A stretch of 64,000 nt of DNA from Octopus sinensis (Eukaryota): the NCBI RefSeq assembly GCF_006345805.1, contig NC_043001.1:121644001-121708000 (forward strand), written 5' to 3'. This document shows, in pieces, positions 1 through 12,395 of this stretch. The number at the start of each line of letters is the position of its first letter. Positions within the stretch are counted from its first letter, which is position 1. Made by a program: the position numbers and the translations under genes. The notes beneath the pieces were generated by a model. The model worked only from the letters and a program-made list of their open reading frames with translations. It did not search any database and had not been told where the DNA came from.

Positions 1-2619
1 ATAATAAATATTAGGGAATAAATCCAAACTTACAGGGAAAAATCAGACTAGGATTGAATCCAATTTTATAGTAAAATATTATATTATATTAAATTTGAAT
101 ATGTTAGCAGGCATGAAACAATCGTAGTGTGATATTAATTATATTTTTTTAATAATTTTGTTATATATTTAAATAATATAAATTAATCATATGTATTGGC
201 TTAAGTTTTTCATTGTTTGATTTGCCTAATAGTGGTTTTGTCTCTAATTTAATATAATATATATATATATATAACCTATGCAGTAGAGAAATATACTGAG
301 CAAATTTAATTATTTCTCTGTAAATTGGACAAAAAAATTATGAACAACTTAAACTGATTTCAAACCTTTTTGGACTCTCATCAGGTGAGTCTATATCCAT
401 TTCACCAATTCCACAGAAACGAACAGCCCATTCTGTTTATCCAGTAGCTCCACATAACTAGGGCTCCTTATTTGCATACTGCAAATGTCTGACACTTTAT
501 TCGATAACAGGGGACACACACACACATATGCAGACAGAAAGAAGGAAAGACAGGAACAAAGAAAGAAAGAAAGAATGAAAGAAAGAAAGGAAGGAAGAAA
601 GAAAGAGTGATTATTGATACAATGGTGTAAGGCTGTGAGTGCAGGTGACATATTTTACATATGCTTGGCAATCTCTCTAGAGCTGATACCATTAATAAAA
701 TTTTTCACCATTGTACTTTGTAAAGTGGTGGGCATCAGGAAAGGATCCAGCTGTAGAAATCATGCACAAAAGAGAAGTCATACATGTGAAAATGTGATCT
801 GTGACCAATGAGAACTGACTCGGACTGTGATGACATGTCCAACCCATGCCAGCATGGAAATGGAAAGCAGATGGACAATTATGATGATGATGATCATAGG
901 GATATATATATATATATATGTCATCATCATCATGTCTGCTTGTGTATCTGTTTGTGTGTGTGTGTGTGTATGTATGTATATGTATATATATATATATATA
1001 TATATTTATATTTATACTTAAGTATGATTCCAGTAAAAACCTTGTAGAATGTTATGCAAGGCTCATCCACAGTTATTGGCTACCTGATGTCATCATACAG
1101 TAGAAATGCGCCTGCTACTAGATCTACATCAGGAATTCCACAATATCTGTAGAGTTTATATATATGTACACACATAATATATAAATGTATATATGCATAT
1201 GTGCCTGCATGTGTGTGTGTGTGTAGTGTATACAAAAAGAATCCAGACCTGGTACTGATAGTCTTTGAAAAAGACATAGCTATAACAAAATTTGATAGTA
1301 GTTCACAAACATAACAATAACTAGAAAAACACCAATAATGTTAGATTTCTATAATAATGATGATATTTATAATAAATACAGTGACTTGTTTTTCTCTTCT
1401 CAAGGCATAATTTAACAAATATTGTATAGTAGAGCCATTTGTTGTATGTGTGTCCATATACGTTTGTATATGTGGAGAGGTATTGGATTTTGTTACTTTG
1501 TTACTTTTGCAAAGCCAATAGTAATGCCATTCTCATGTTTTCCAGCATGTAAGAAGATTTTACATGAGTGCTCAATGAGTTAGAAGTAGCAACCAAATCT
1601 GCTTTAAATGATTCCCGTTTATTGTCTGAAGTAAGGAATAATCATATTAGCCAACGCAGTTCAAATATAAAAAACCTTAAAAGTACAAAATGGTCACAGC
1701 TGGAATGACTCTGATCATAGGCCTATTCAATCAGGGTTAACCCAGGGTTAAACAACAACAACAATAACATAACAGCAACAACAACAACAACAACAACATC
1801 AATAACTTGGCTTCTGGAAGATTTCCTTAGAATATTCAACTAATAATGATTTCTTTCAATGAAGCATAAGGCAAAATTTTCGTATTGAGGTGGGTTTGAA
1901 TTTTTTTTTTTATGTGTGAATGCTTTAAATCTGATTTGGCAAATAATGATGCCATGGTTTACAGGTTTAAAATAGCAAGAATAACAAGGGAGTATCTGTA
2001 ACTCAGTGTATAGCAAATATCACTGGGGACTTTGCCCACAGGATACCAATTATTTTGCTTTTCTTGACCATATATACCAGCAAAAGATACTCACTTATTT
2101 ACATGTATGTAGGAATGTATGTATGTATGTATGTATGTGTGTATGTATGTATGTATGCATGTATGTATGTACGTATGTATACATATATATATATATATAT
2201 GTGTGTGTGTATGATAGTATTGAACAGTAAGGATGAGTGGTCAACACCATATTTAGTGGATAAATATTTGTGGATTAACAATGCTACCAATGGTTTCATG
2301 CGGAAAATTTCCCACAATTTTCAAGCAATCCACTTAAAAATGCTGGTAATTGTCTAGATCACTTAAACATTGTGGAAATTTTTTCTATATGAAACCATTG
2401 GTAGCATTGTTAATCCACAAATAAAAAATACATATATACACATACACATACTTGTTTAATATATCTATATATATAAAACAAAATGTTGATCTATCCAAGG
2501 GTATGGTAGAAGATACTTGCCCAAGGCATCATGCAGGTTTGAAACTGGAACCACATGATCATGGAGCAAACTTCTTAACCACCCAAGTTAAAATCCTGAA
2601 ATGGACAAATATGGCCCAT

Positions 2620-3459
2620 GTGGCACAGTAACCTGGCTAGAACTCATTTATCAATGTCCATAGAGTTGGTTCAAATTTAGGCGCAAACCCAGCAATGTTA
2701 AGTGAAAGGGAGTTAGTTGATACTACTAACTCCACAACTTTACTAGTATCTTATTTGATTGACTTCAGAGGGACTAAAACCAAAGTTAATTTTGAAGGGA
2801 TTAGAAATGAGATTGCAAAACACACTATTATCAACTTCCAGATATCAGTTATAATTATTTTTGATAATAATAATAATTTATAACAAAACCAAAAATTTAG
2901 GGAGAAGGATGGGTCGATTTTACTGACCCTAGAACTTGACTGATACTTTATTTTAGCAAACCTGGAAAAAAAAAATGGGTAAAGTTGATCTCAGCTGGGC
3001 TTGAACTTAGTATATAAAGAGACGGAACAAATACTGCATTTTGTCTAAAATACTAATAATTCTGCTATTGTCCTACGTTCAGGCAATAACTATTTCAAAT
3101 TTTGGCATGAGGTCCAAAATTTTGAGAGGAAGGGAGTTAGTCAATTACATAGACCCTAAAGGAACAAAAGGCAAAATTGATGTTGGCCAAATTTGCCACC
3201 CTCTGTTTCATAATAATAATAATAATAATAATAATTATAATAATCCTTTCTACTAAAGGCACAAGGCCTGAAATTTGTGGGAGGGGATCAGTCGATTACA
3301 TCAACCCCAGTGTTTCACTGGTACTTAATTTATTGATCCTGAAAGGATGAAAGGCAAAGTCAACCTTGGCAGAATTTGAACTCAGAATGTAGCGACGGGC
3401 AAAATGCCACTAAGAATTTTGTCCAGCGTGCTAACAATTCTGCCAGCTCACTGTCTTCT

Positions 3460-3492
<33 letters not shown>

Positions 3493-5520
3493 GTTTCAAA
3501 TTTTGCCACAAGGGCAGCAGTTTTGAGGAAGGGGTTTAAGACGATTACATCGACCCCAGTGCACAACTGGTACTTATTTTATTGACCCCAAAAGGGATGA
3601 AAGGCAAAGTGAACCTTGGCAGAATTTGATCTCAGAATGTAGTGATGGGCGAAATACTGCTAAGCATTTCGTCCACTGTGCCAACGACTCCGCTAGCTCT
3701 CCACCTTCTTTAATAATAATAATAATAATAATGGACTAAAGTCACATGATATGGGAATTCCAGCACCCATGACAGATGAAATTCATTTTACCACAATCTA
3801 TGTGTGTGCTTTTATGAACCAAGCGCCTATATGAAAGGATCCCTGAAGACTAATGCAGTATTTGATGTTCTAACAAGACGTTTGATATAAAGATTAACTT
3901 TTGGTATTAAAACTGCTTTTGTTGTTAATAATTAATTTTTAATAATAATAATAATAATAATAATAGTAGTAGTAGTCGTAGTAAATTACATTTTTATTAG
4001 CTGTTGGGGCCCAAGACATGAAAAACCATACAAGGACAAGAAACATGGTGAGGGCTTACATTAAATGACAAGAAAGTGAAGTCAACAGAAGCAACAGATA
4101 AAAATATAATGTCAAGGAAAGTTCCCCCAGAAGGGAGATGAAACCACTGAAATTAAATTCAGGGTAAAACCCATCACAAAGTGTGGTTTGCTCTGATGTA
4201 TCAAATACATCAAAATGCCCCCTCCTGGGTTCTTGTATCCTGTTTATAATTGCATAATCAGAGTATAACCATTTAGACTTATCAAAATCACTATTCTTAC
4301 TCATCTTTCTCAAATCATAGTAGAGGGCAGCACCTCTCTCTCTCTCTCTCTACTCCCACTGCTCTCTTCAAGTGGTCCTTGAAAAAGCTGATGAGGGCTT
4401 AGCCAGAAAGGAAAAGCCCCATTCCTAGAACTTTGAACCACTCACACCTCACTACTTCGCTCACCATAGCCACTGAGCAGAGGAAGACCAGCAGCCTGTT
4501 CTTGCATAAGGAGACTGGCTGGTCAACCAATAATAATAATAATAACAACAACAATAATAATAATAATAATGATGATTTCAAATTTTTGCCACAAGGGTAG
4601 CTTGTTGGTGCGGATTAAGTTGATTACATCAACCCCCAGTGTGTAACTGGTACTTATTTAATCGACCCTAAAAGGATGAAAGGCAAAGTCAACCTCAGTG
4701 GAATTTGAACTCGGAACATAGCTGCAGGCGAAATACTGCTAAGCATTTTGCTTGGCGTGCTAACAATTCTGCCAGCTCACCATCTTATAATAATAATAAT
4801 AATAATTACAACAATAACAATAATAATGACGATGATGGTGATGATGACATTTCTGGTTGAGACCTGGGTACAGCTTGTATAAATTAAAACAAAACCAAAA
4901 CATAATGATAATAATAATAATAATGTTTTCTGATTTAGGCACAGGGCCAGATTTTTTGAGGGGAGGGTTTTAGTCGATACCATTGACCCTAATGCTAGCA
5001 GAGTACTTTATGTTATTGACTTTGGAAGGATGAAAGGCAAGGTTAACTGCATGGGATTTGAACTCAACCCTGAAAAGATGAAAGGCAACGCTGACCTTGG
5101 CAGAGTTTGAACTCAGAATGGAAAGATGGACATCATGAGGCAAAGCATTTTGCCTGGCATGCTAACAATTCTGCCAGCCTTAATAATAATAATAATAATA
5201 ATAATAACAACAACAACAACAACAATAGTAATAATTTTCAACTAGCAACAACTAGCAGTAACCATACCTCGGATAACCCTCATTGGCTATGATACTGCCA
5301 CTTCAAATTAGGCCCAAAGCCAGAAATTTTGAGGGGAAGGGCAGTTAATTGGTTACACTGACTTCAGTATTTGACTGGTTCTTTATTTCATCCACCTCAA
5401 AGGATGAAAAATAAAGCTGACCTCAGTGGGATTTGAACTCAGAATGTATAAAACAGTAGAACAAATACCACAAGGCAATTTTTTCTGGTGCTCGAACGAT
5501 TCTGCCAATCCACTGATCTT
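2620..5520 (-). mobile_element. Cluster of at least 7 co-oriented SINE family B copies separated by (TAA)n
   Basis: Repeated GGTACTT..TTTATTGACCC.GAAAGGATGAAAGGCAAAGTC.ACC.TGG.AGAATTTGAACTC block (about 3320, 3570, 4650, 5000, 5070, 5380, plus more decayed copies), each ending in TAA runs. Confidence 0.8.
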
Positions 5521-5884
5521 TAATCCTTTAGCCTTTAATGCAGCCATATTCGGCTTAAAATTTTCTACCATTTTTATGTTAAAAGTGGCCAGGTCCAGCC
5601 TCTTGCACCTACCCTACAATGTCGTTCTAAAAATAAACAATCACATCAGTGAAATCTCAAAGGTATGAGATAATGTATGATTAATTCAAATGAATGCAAA
5701 TAAACAAACATTATATTTGATAGAATAACCCGAATGCTAAACGGTTAAAAATAAAAATAGCAACCTTGATATCTTGAGAAGGGCCGTTACCCAAAGAATC
5801 TAGGATTAGTTGAGCCAGGTGGTGGTAGTAGTGGTGGTGATGGTGGTGGCAGTGGTAGTGGTGGTGGAGGGCAGCAAAGGGCTC

Positions 5885-6420
5885 AACGTTGCTAATGTTT
5901 TGAACGAACTGTGTCTTTGCTTGTTAAGCAAAATGAATAGTTTTATGTTGCTGAGTGGCTAAGTGAAAGAACACTGAGCTGGTTAAGAACAAAATGCTTT
6001 TTCCTGGTGCTAACCATAGGTTTCTTGAGTCCATTTCTAAGTTGTCATGGAACCGTAATGCTAAGCAAGAAGTTGCGTTGCTAGGCAAATGGTATTTTAT
6101 GTTGCTAACCTATAGGACTGCGCTTCAAAGCACCAAACCCGTTTCTATTGCTAATCATATGCTTCTTGTTCCAATTGCTAAGTAATATTTTTATGTTGCT
6201 AAATGTGTGGCTAGACCTATGTTGCTATTGAAAGAACTCTATGTTGTTTAGCAACAAAATATTTTGTGCTGAATACTGTATACTTTTTTTTTTTTTTATT
6301 ATCTATTAAGTTGTCATGGAATTGTATTGCTAAGCAGCAAAACTGTGTTGGTTGGCAAAGCAATTTTACTTTGTTGCTAACTAAAATCTATTGGTGTTGC
6401 TAAATAGCAATATTGCTATA
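5885..6420. repeat. Degenerate array of RTTGCTA motifs with a repeat spaced about 270 bp
   Basis: About 12-15 copies of (G/A)TTGCTA or close variants. AAGTTGTCATGGAA..GTA.TGCTAAGCA recurs near 6040 and 6310. Confidence 0.7.
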
Positions 6421-6599
6421 TCACTATGTCAGTTGTTGTTGAATAACAATATTTCTGCATGATGTACACTGGTTAAGAGTTCCATGTTTAACACATGGGT
6501 CTCTATCAATATATACTTGTGTGTTTTAGCATTTGAGGCCCTAAACCAACCATGTGAAAGGGTAAAGGTATCGACTACAGTTTAATAATATTTAAAAAT

Positions 6600-7124
6600 T
6601 AGAAATTTCTTTCCTGCTTGTCATTTTCAATTTATTTATTTATTTATTTATTCATTTATTTTATTTATTTACGCTATAGTAATTCATTTGGTTGATTATA
6701 AAAACATATAATTCGTAATTGTAAAAAATAAGGAGTAAAAAAAAAGTTCTTTCAGAGTCATTCCATTTCTTATAATAATTATATTTACTGGACACAGCAT
6801 TGCATGAATTTGCAATTTAAATAAAAAAATTAAACAAATAAATAAACAAAAAAAACACAAGAAATGTCATCAACAATGATGTTGTTATTTATATATGACA
6901 GACTGTTGTTTGTAGTTTTTGTTGTTCAAGTGGCTATAGTTGTCGCAGTAGGTTCTTTCTTCATATTTTCTTCTTTCTTACTTTCTTTTTAAATTTTTTT
7001 TGTAAAAAAAAATCTTAAGCTTTTTTTCTTTTTTTTCTTTTTCTTTTTCCTTTATATTCTTAGCAAAGAAAACACAACAGACCAGTCGGAAACAATTACA
7101 AAGGAGAAGAGCAGCAAATTAGTC
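6600..7124 (-). other. Probable non-coding terminal (3' UTR) exon of the tetraspanin; distal boundary approximate
   Basis: Good acceptor tttttattcccaacag|GAC at 7125-7127, in unique AT-rich sequence downstream of the post-stop donor at 9689. Several minus-strand AATAAA hexamers around 6630-6670. No transcript evidence. Confidence 0.5.
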
Positions 7125-7745
7125 CTGTTGGGAATAAAAAAAATATTTATATTATATGTATATATTATATATAACAGTGATGCGTCTTATGGGTGGGTCA
7201 TAATGCCAAAGATAATGATACACAAGTTTGATTTCACTTCTTTATTGTTAGTCAATCGGTTAAATGTCACCATGTCACTGAAAAGGTCACAAATGGTGAT
7301 AAAAGAACTTTGACCTACAAACAACCAATTTATTGTTTAACCAGCAGATCAAACAAACAATCAATTAGTTAGTGGTTAGACATCTAATGAAGTGATTAAC
7401 TATAAAGAAGTGGAATTGAATCTGTGTGTGTGTTATTATTGGTATAATAACCCTTCCAAGACACAACAAAATCTGTTTCAACACATAAAAAATCTTGCAA
7501 ACCAAATATAAAAACTATGTTATATATGATATATTCTAATAAATATGTGTAAACGGGGTCAGGGGAGAAAAGTAAGGTCAAATTAAAGTGTAAAAAGATC
7601 TGGTAAATAAGTAAGAATGGAGGGCAGGGAAAACTATGAAGATGTGGGGTTTAAGGGAAAAAGTAAAACAAGAGGGGATCGTTGGTAAAAAGTCAGATAA
7701 AATGAAATGGTTCCAGTAAATCAGTAGGGGCTAGGGAAAACAATG

Positions 7746-7985
7746 AATGAAATGGGATCAAGGGGAAAATGTGAAAATGTTAGTCTGCATGTGTGTAGGA
7801 GGTAGTGGTCACATATAAAAGTGATACCAGAAGAAAATAGAGAAAATTTGAGTTCGGGGCCAGGAGAAAGAAGAATGAAATGGGATCAAGGGGAAAATGT
7901 GACAATGTTAATGTGCATGTGTGTAGGAGGTGGTGGTCACACCAGAAGAAAATAGAGAGTAAATACAAAAAATTTGAGTTCAAGT
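7746..7985. repeat. 128-bp tandem duplication in purine-rich intron sequence
   Basis: AATGAAATGGGATCAAGGGGAAAATGTGA at 7746 and 7874. Confidence 0.8.
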
Positions 7986-8170
7986 AAAAAAAAGTGGAGC
8001 CAGGAGAAAGAAATGAGGTTGTGTAAAAAAAATAAGGTTCAAGGGAAAAGTTGGGATCTTTCCAGTTTTATCTTTTATCTTTTACTTGCTTCAGTCATTG
8101 GACTGTGGTGATGCTGGGGCAATTCTTTCAAAGGTTTTTTAATCAAATGTATTGATCCCAGCACTTATTC

Positions 8171-8449
8171 CAGTTCTATATTTAAGAGATGAGGAATTAT
8201 GTATATTATTTACATTATTTATATTTGACGGATATTTGTCCTCATCTTGTTTGTAAACACAATGTTTTGGCTGATATACCCTCCAGCCTTCATCAGGTGT
8301 CTTGGGGAAATTTAGGAATGAGAACCCAGGTTCGAAATTTCCCCAAGACACCGAATGAAGGCTGGAGGGTATATCAGCTGAAACGTTGTGTTAACAATAA
8401 ACAAGATGAGGACAAATATCTGCCAAATGTAAATAATGTAAATGATGTA
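8171..8449. mobile_element. Same hammerhead SINE family, inverted dimer of tails only (no tRNA heads)
   Basis: Arms of about 130 bp. Flanking direct repeat CCAGCA(C/T)TTATT at 8158-8169 and 8450-8461. It interrupts the tail of another SINE. Confidence 0.8.
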
Positions 8450-8906
8450 CCAGCATTTATTGATTTTCAAATCTGGTACTTATTCTATCAGTCTCTTTTT
8501 GCCAAACCACTAAGTCATGGGGATGTAAACAAATCTACACTTGTCAAGTGGTGGTAGGGGACAAACAAACAAACAAACAAACACACACACACACACACAC
8601 ATAGTGGGCTATTTTCAGTCTCTGTCAACCAAATTCACTCACAAGGCTTTGGTTGGTCTGAGGCTATAGTAAAAGACATTCACCTAAGATGCCATGCAGA
8701 AGGACTGAACCCAGAACCATGTGGTTAGAACACAAACTTCTAAGCAAACAGTTATGCCTGGTTCAGGAGAGAAAAAAAATGAGTTTGAGTGAAAAAATGG
8801 GAGTCAAAAGACAAAAGTGGGAAATAGGTGAGAGAAAAGGGAGATCAGGTGAAACATAAGTAATGGTTGTTGTCCATGTCTCTAAAGATAACTGGATTAG
8901 CAGCTT

Positions 8907-8995
8907 TACTCTTTGTAGGTCTTGAGGTGGGTCATTAGGCCAATTTTGGCATAAAACCCATGGTTACAGTGAGGCAGAGTCAAAATCATCCAGTG
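8907..8995 (-). mobile_element. Relic 3' end of an RTE-like LINE ORF (C2H2-like tail)
   Basis: Minus frame LPHCNHGFYAKIGLMTHLKTYKE* resembles the CxxC...F..RIGL.SH.R.H tail of RTE-clade ORFs. Short and degenerate. Confidence 0.4.
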
Positions 8996-9696
8996 AGACT
9001 CTTGCTTTTTGTGAAGGAGTTTGGGAAATACTGAAATCTAGTGTAAAAGTGAGGTAAAAAATAAAACAAGAAGTTCAGGTCAGATGATTAAAATGAGGTT
9101 AGATGAAAAGTAGGGTAAGGTGAAAAAGTGAATTCAAATGACAAAGTAGGGTCAAGTGTGATAGGGTCTGGTAAAATATTGAGGTTTGGTGATACAGATA
9201 GTTGGGTGAAAAAGTGTAGTCACAGGGTAAGGTCAAGCAAGAAAAAAAAAATCGGGTAAGGTCTGACTTGAGTTATATTTAGCTGAGCGATGACATAGTT
9301 ATAATGATGACAAATAACCCATATATGCTCATGAAAAAAAATGAAGTTTAAAATTTCACTGTAACATAAAATAAAGATTGCTTGCCAACATAAAATGGCA
9401 GTTCTGGTTTAGGACTAATGTTGCTGTAATTTAGCCCCAGGAGACATTGTCTCCAGCTGGCTATACGACACGATCTGTGTCCTTATATTTTCAAACAAGG
9501 GAATCTAGCACCCCAAATCAGCTCAAAACAATATCTGTGTATCGCGATTTCTGGGTTACTTCCCTTCATCAGCACAGAATAACTGTTTGACGAGAGGTGG
9601 CGCTGCCAAATTCCCATTCGAAATATATAGTTTTCAAATTCATAAATTAGAAAATTTTCTAATATCAAATAAATGTGATTGCATCTTACCTGGCAT

Positions 9697-9753
9697 CTAT
9701 GCTACTTCTCGAAGTGAACAGCAAAGTATCATTGAGAATATCATTCCCAGAAT
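9697..9753 (-). CDS. Tetraspanin last coding exon (end of TM4, cytoplasmic tail, stop)
   Basis: Acceptor ttattttaaatttttacag|ATT. Reads ILGMIFSMILCCSLREVA-TAG, followed 7 nt later by donor CCAG|GTAAGA (exon ends at 9690). Confidence 0.93.
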   Translation of the reverse strand: MLGMIFSMILCCSLREVA

Positions 9754-9797
9754 CTGTAAAAATTTAAAATAAATGAAAATGTAAATAAATAGATAGA

Positions 9798-10147
9798 TCT
9801 CTCGATATATAAATGGCAAAATGTCTGTATGTGTGTGTGTGTGTCCTTTATACAAATCCACAATTTTTCAGTTAGAGGGCTCGCACTTTCTATGGTCATT
9901 CAAAACCGTCCAAGGGTGGTCGTGCACATCTTTACATTTCCCCAGTCACCCTGCAAAGCCATTAAAAAATCAATAGAAGTGACTTTTTTGTGAATTTTCT
10001 ATCCAAAACCCAATCAAAATGCCTGAAACTTGATACGCCAATTGAATGCCAGATAGCTGTATGTGATTGGTCGGAGATTTGGACAGTACTCACGTGTATG
10101 TGCACACGCATGCAGCTATATATGCATGCACTAGCACATAGTGCTAG
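9798..10147 (+). mobile_element. Non-autonomous Helitron-like element, 350 bp
   Basis: A|TC start followed by gatatataaat and a (GT)n tract. The 3' end has hairpins GCATGCA..TGCATGC and ACTAGCAC-ATA-GTGCTAGT and ends CTAG|T. Confidence 0.55.
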
Positions 10148-10633
10148 TTTTATATAAATCCAGATCATTGGCTGATTGGGTCCACAGGGTCAAAACTGCT
10201 TTTGACCCCATCCAATCAACCCAATCAATGTGGTTGTTTGATTTGCTAGACATGAGACCTTTGCATGAGACAATTTGCTGTGCTTGAGAAGACACTTTAA
10301 GCCAAATAAAATCATAGTTGTGACCAGTGCCGATGACACATAAAGGGCACCTGTGCTGGTAACACGTAAAGGACATCCAGCCATAAAAACCAAGCCAAAT
10401 CAGACTGGAGCCTGATACAGCTCTCCAGTTTACCAATCCCAGTCAAGTCATGACAGCACGGAAAATGGATGCTAAATAATAATGATGATGATGATGATGA
10501 ACCAAATTGCTTTCCCTGCATCTTATGCAGTTACTCAGCTGGCTAAAAATAGCTGCATAATTCACCTTTAAATAAATCAAACTCCATTATATCCCATTGT
10601 CTATGAAAAGGTAGCACATATTTGGATATTGTG

Positions 10634-10980
10634 GAGGCGCAATGGCCCAGTGGTTAGGGCAGCGGACTCGTGGTCGCAGGATCGCGGTTTCGATTCCCAG
10701 ACCGGGCGTTGTGAGTGTTTATTGAGCGAAAACACCTATAGCTCCACGAGGCTCCGGCAGGGATGGTGGTGATCTCTGCTGTACTCTTTCACCACAACTT
10801 TCTCTCACAGGGGCCAGCCTTGTCACTCTCTGTGTCACGCTGAATATCCCCGAGAACTACGTTAAGGGTACACGTGTCTGTGGAGTGCTCAGCCACTTAC
10901 ACTTTAATTTCACGAGCAGGCTGTTCCGTTAATCGGATCAACCGGAACCCTCGTCGTCGTAACCGATGGAGTGCTTCCAT
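10634..10980 (+). mobile_element. Chimeric tRNA-headed SINE (5' half of the 27740-28045 family, 3' half of the 13270-13740 family)
   Basis: Head GGAGGCGCAATGGCCCAGTGGTTAGGGCAGCGGACTCGTGGTC. The junction is near CTTTCTCTCAC|AGGGCCAGCC (about 10809). Confidence 0.65.
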
Positions 10981-11575
10981 CCATTTGGATATTATAACCC
11001 ATAATAGATAATTTTCTGGGGTGGTCACAACAGGAAAGGCTTCAACCATCAATCTGCTCGATATGTTGGGCTGACCTATGTTTAAGTACTCACACTATCT
11101 TTCAAAAAACAATAACATAAAAAATGTGGAGAATACACTGGATAAATAATCCTAAATATCCCTGCAAAAGATGGAAGCGTCATGGTTGGCACATCTTTGA
11201 TCATAGCTTAGCCTCTGTGTGTGTGTGTAGAATTATTGGGGTTGTTTAGCCCAAGGTGTGACTCAGAGCATACCAACCACAACACCACTACACACACACA
11301 TTCATACACACACATGCACGTACACACACACACACTTATACACATACATGCACATACACGCACACATGTACATACACACACATGCACATATACTCACACA
11401 CACTGATACACACATATGTACATACACACACATTGATACACACATATGTACATACACACACACACACACATACACATATACACACACACACTCATACACA
11501 CATGCACACGTGCGTGCACACACATGCACATACACACACACATACACCCGTTGATTCCAAGTTAAAGTCTCCTAC

Positions 11576-11659
11576 CATGACAATGGCAATACCAATGGCG
11601 ACACCTGCAATGATGACCATGTAGTCTGTGAAGAACTCTGTCAACTTGTTTTTGCACGG
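11576..11659 (-). CDS. Tetraspanin exon (last loop Cys, helix E, start of TM4), 28 aa
   Basis: Acceptor cttctgtttctcttgcag|CCG and donor ATG|GTAGGA. 84 nt, PCKNKLTEFFTDYMVIIAGVAIGIAIVM. Confidence 0.93.
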
Positions 11660-11964
11660 CTGCAAGAGAAACAGAAGAGAGATAGTTACATAAGACATCA
11701 CTGGACTGTGGCCATGCTGGGGCACTTCCTTGAAGGGTTTATTTGAACAAATTGACCCCAGAGATATTTTCTGTAATTTTATTCTTTTCACAGTATACAG
11801 AAAAATAATACTTCAGAATACTCCATGCTCTCAAGTACTGTGATAGACATTGGAGAAAGTTAGTGATTGGAAAAATAATTAATTTAGTGTAATTATGTTA
11901 ATTAGTATAGTATTCTGAAAAATGCATGAAAAAAATAATCTAAAGGTAATATTTTAGTTTAGCT

Positions 11965-12182
11965 TATTTTATTATTTTATTTGTTTCAGTCATTTGACTG
12001 CCATGCTGGAGCAGCACTGTGTTTAGTCGAACTTATTCTTTGGAAACCTAATAATTATTCTATCACTCTCTTTTGCTGAACCACTAAGTTATGGGGACCT
12101 AAACACACCAACAACGGTTGTTAAGTGATGGTGGGGAGATAAACAGACACACAAACATATACATACATATATATACATATAC

Positions 12183-12243
<61 letters not shown>

Positions 12244-12395
12244 TTCAGTTTCTGTCTACCATATCCACTCACAAGGCTTTGGTTGGCCCAAGGCTATAGT
12301 AGAAAATACTTGCCCAAGGTGCCACACAGTGGGACTGAACCAAGAACCATGTGGTTGGGAAGCAAGCTTCTTACCACACAGCTACACCTGCACCT
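11965..12395 (-). mobile_element. SINE family A
   Basis: Reverse complement of the family A consensus with an internal (TA)n tract. Confidence 0.8.

Noticed and set aside
280-450. Plus-strand donor TCATCAG|GTGAGT at 384/385 with a possible partner acceptor at 1072
   Set aside because: All frames between the nearest upstream AG and the donor contain stops, so no coding exon can be built.
7540-9250. Several RGGTCA half-sites in purine-rich tracts
   Set aside because: No consistent direct-repeat or inverted-repeat spacing; explained by degenerate G/A-rich repeats.
10634-10712. tRNA-like sequences (also about 28923-28995 and 58850-58920)
   Set aside because: Acceptor and anticodon stems are imperfect and each continues into a SINE body. 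They are SINE heads, not tRNA genes.
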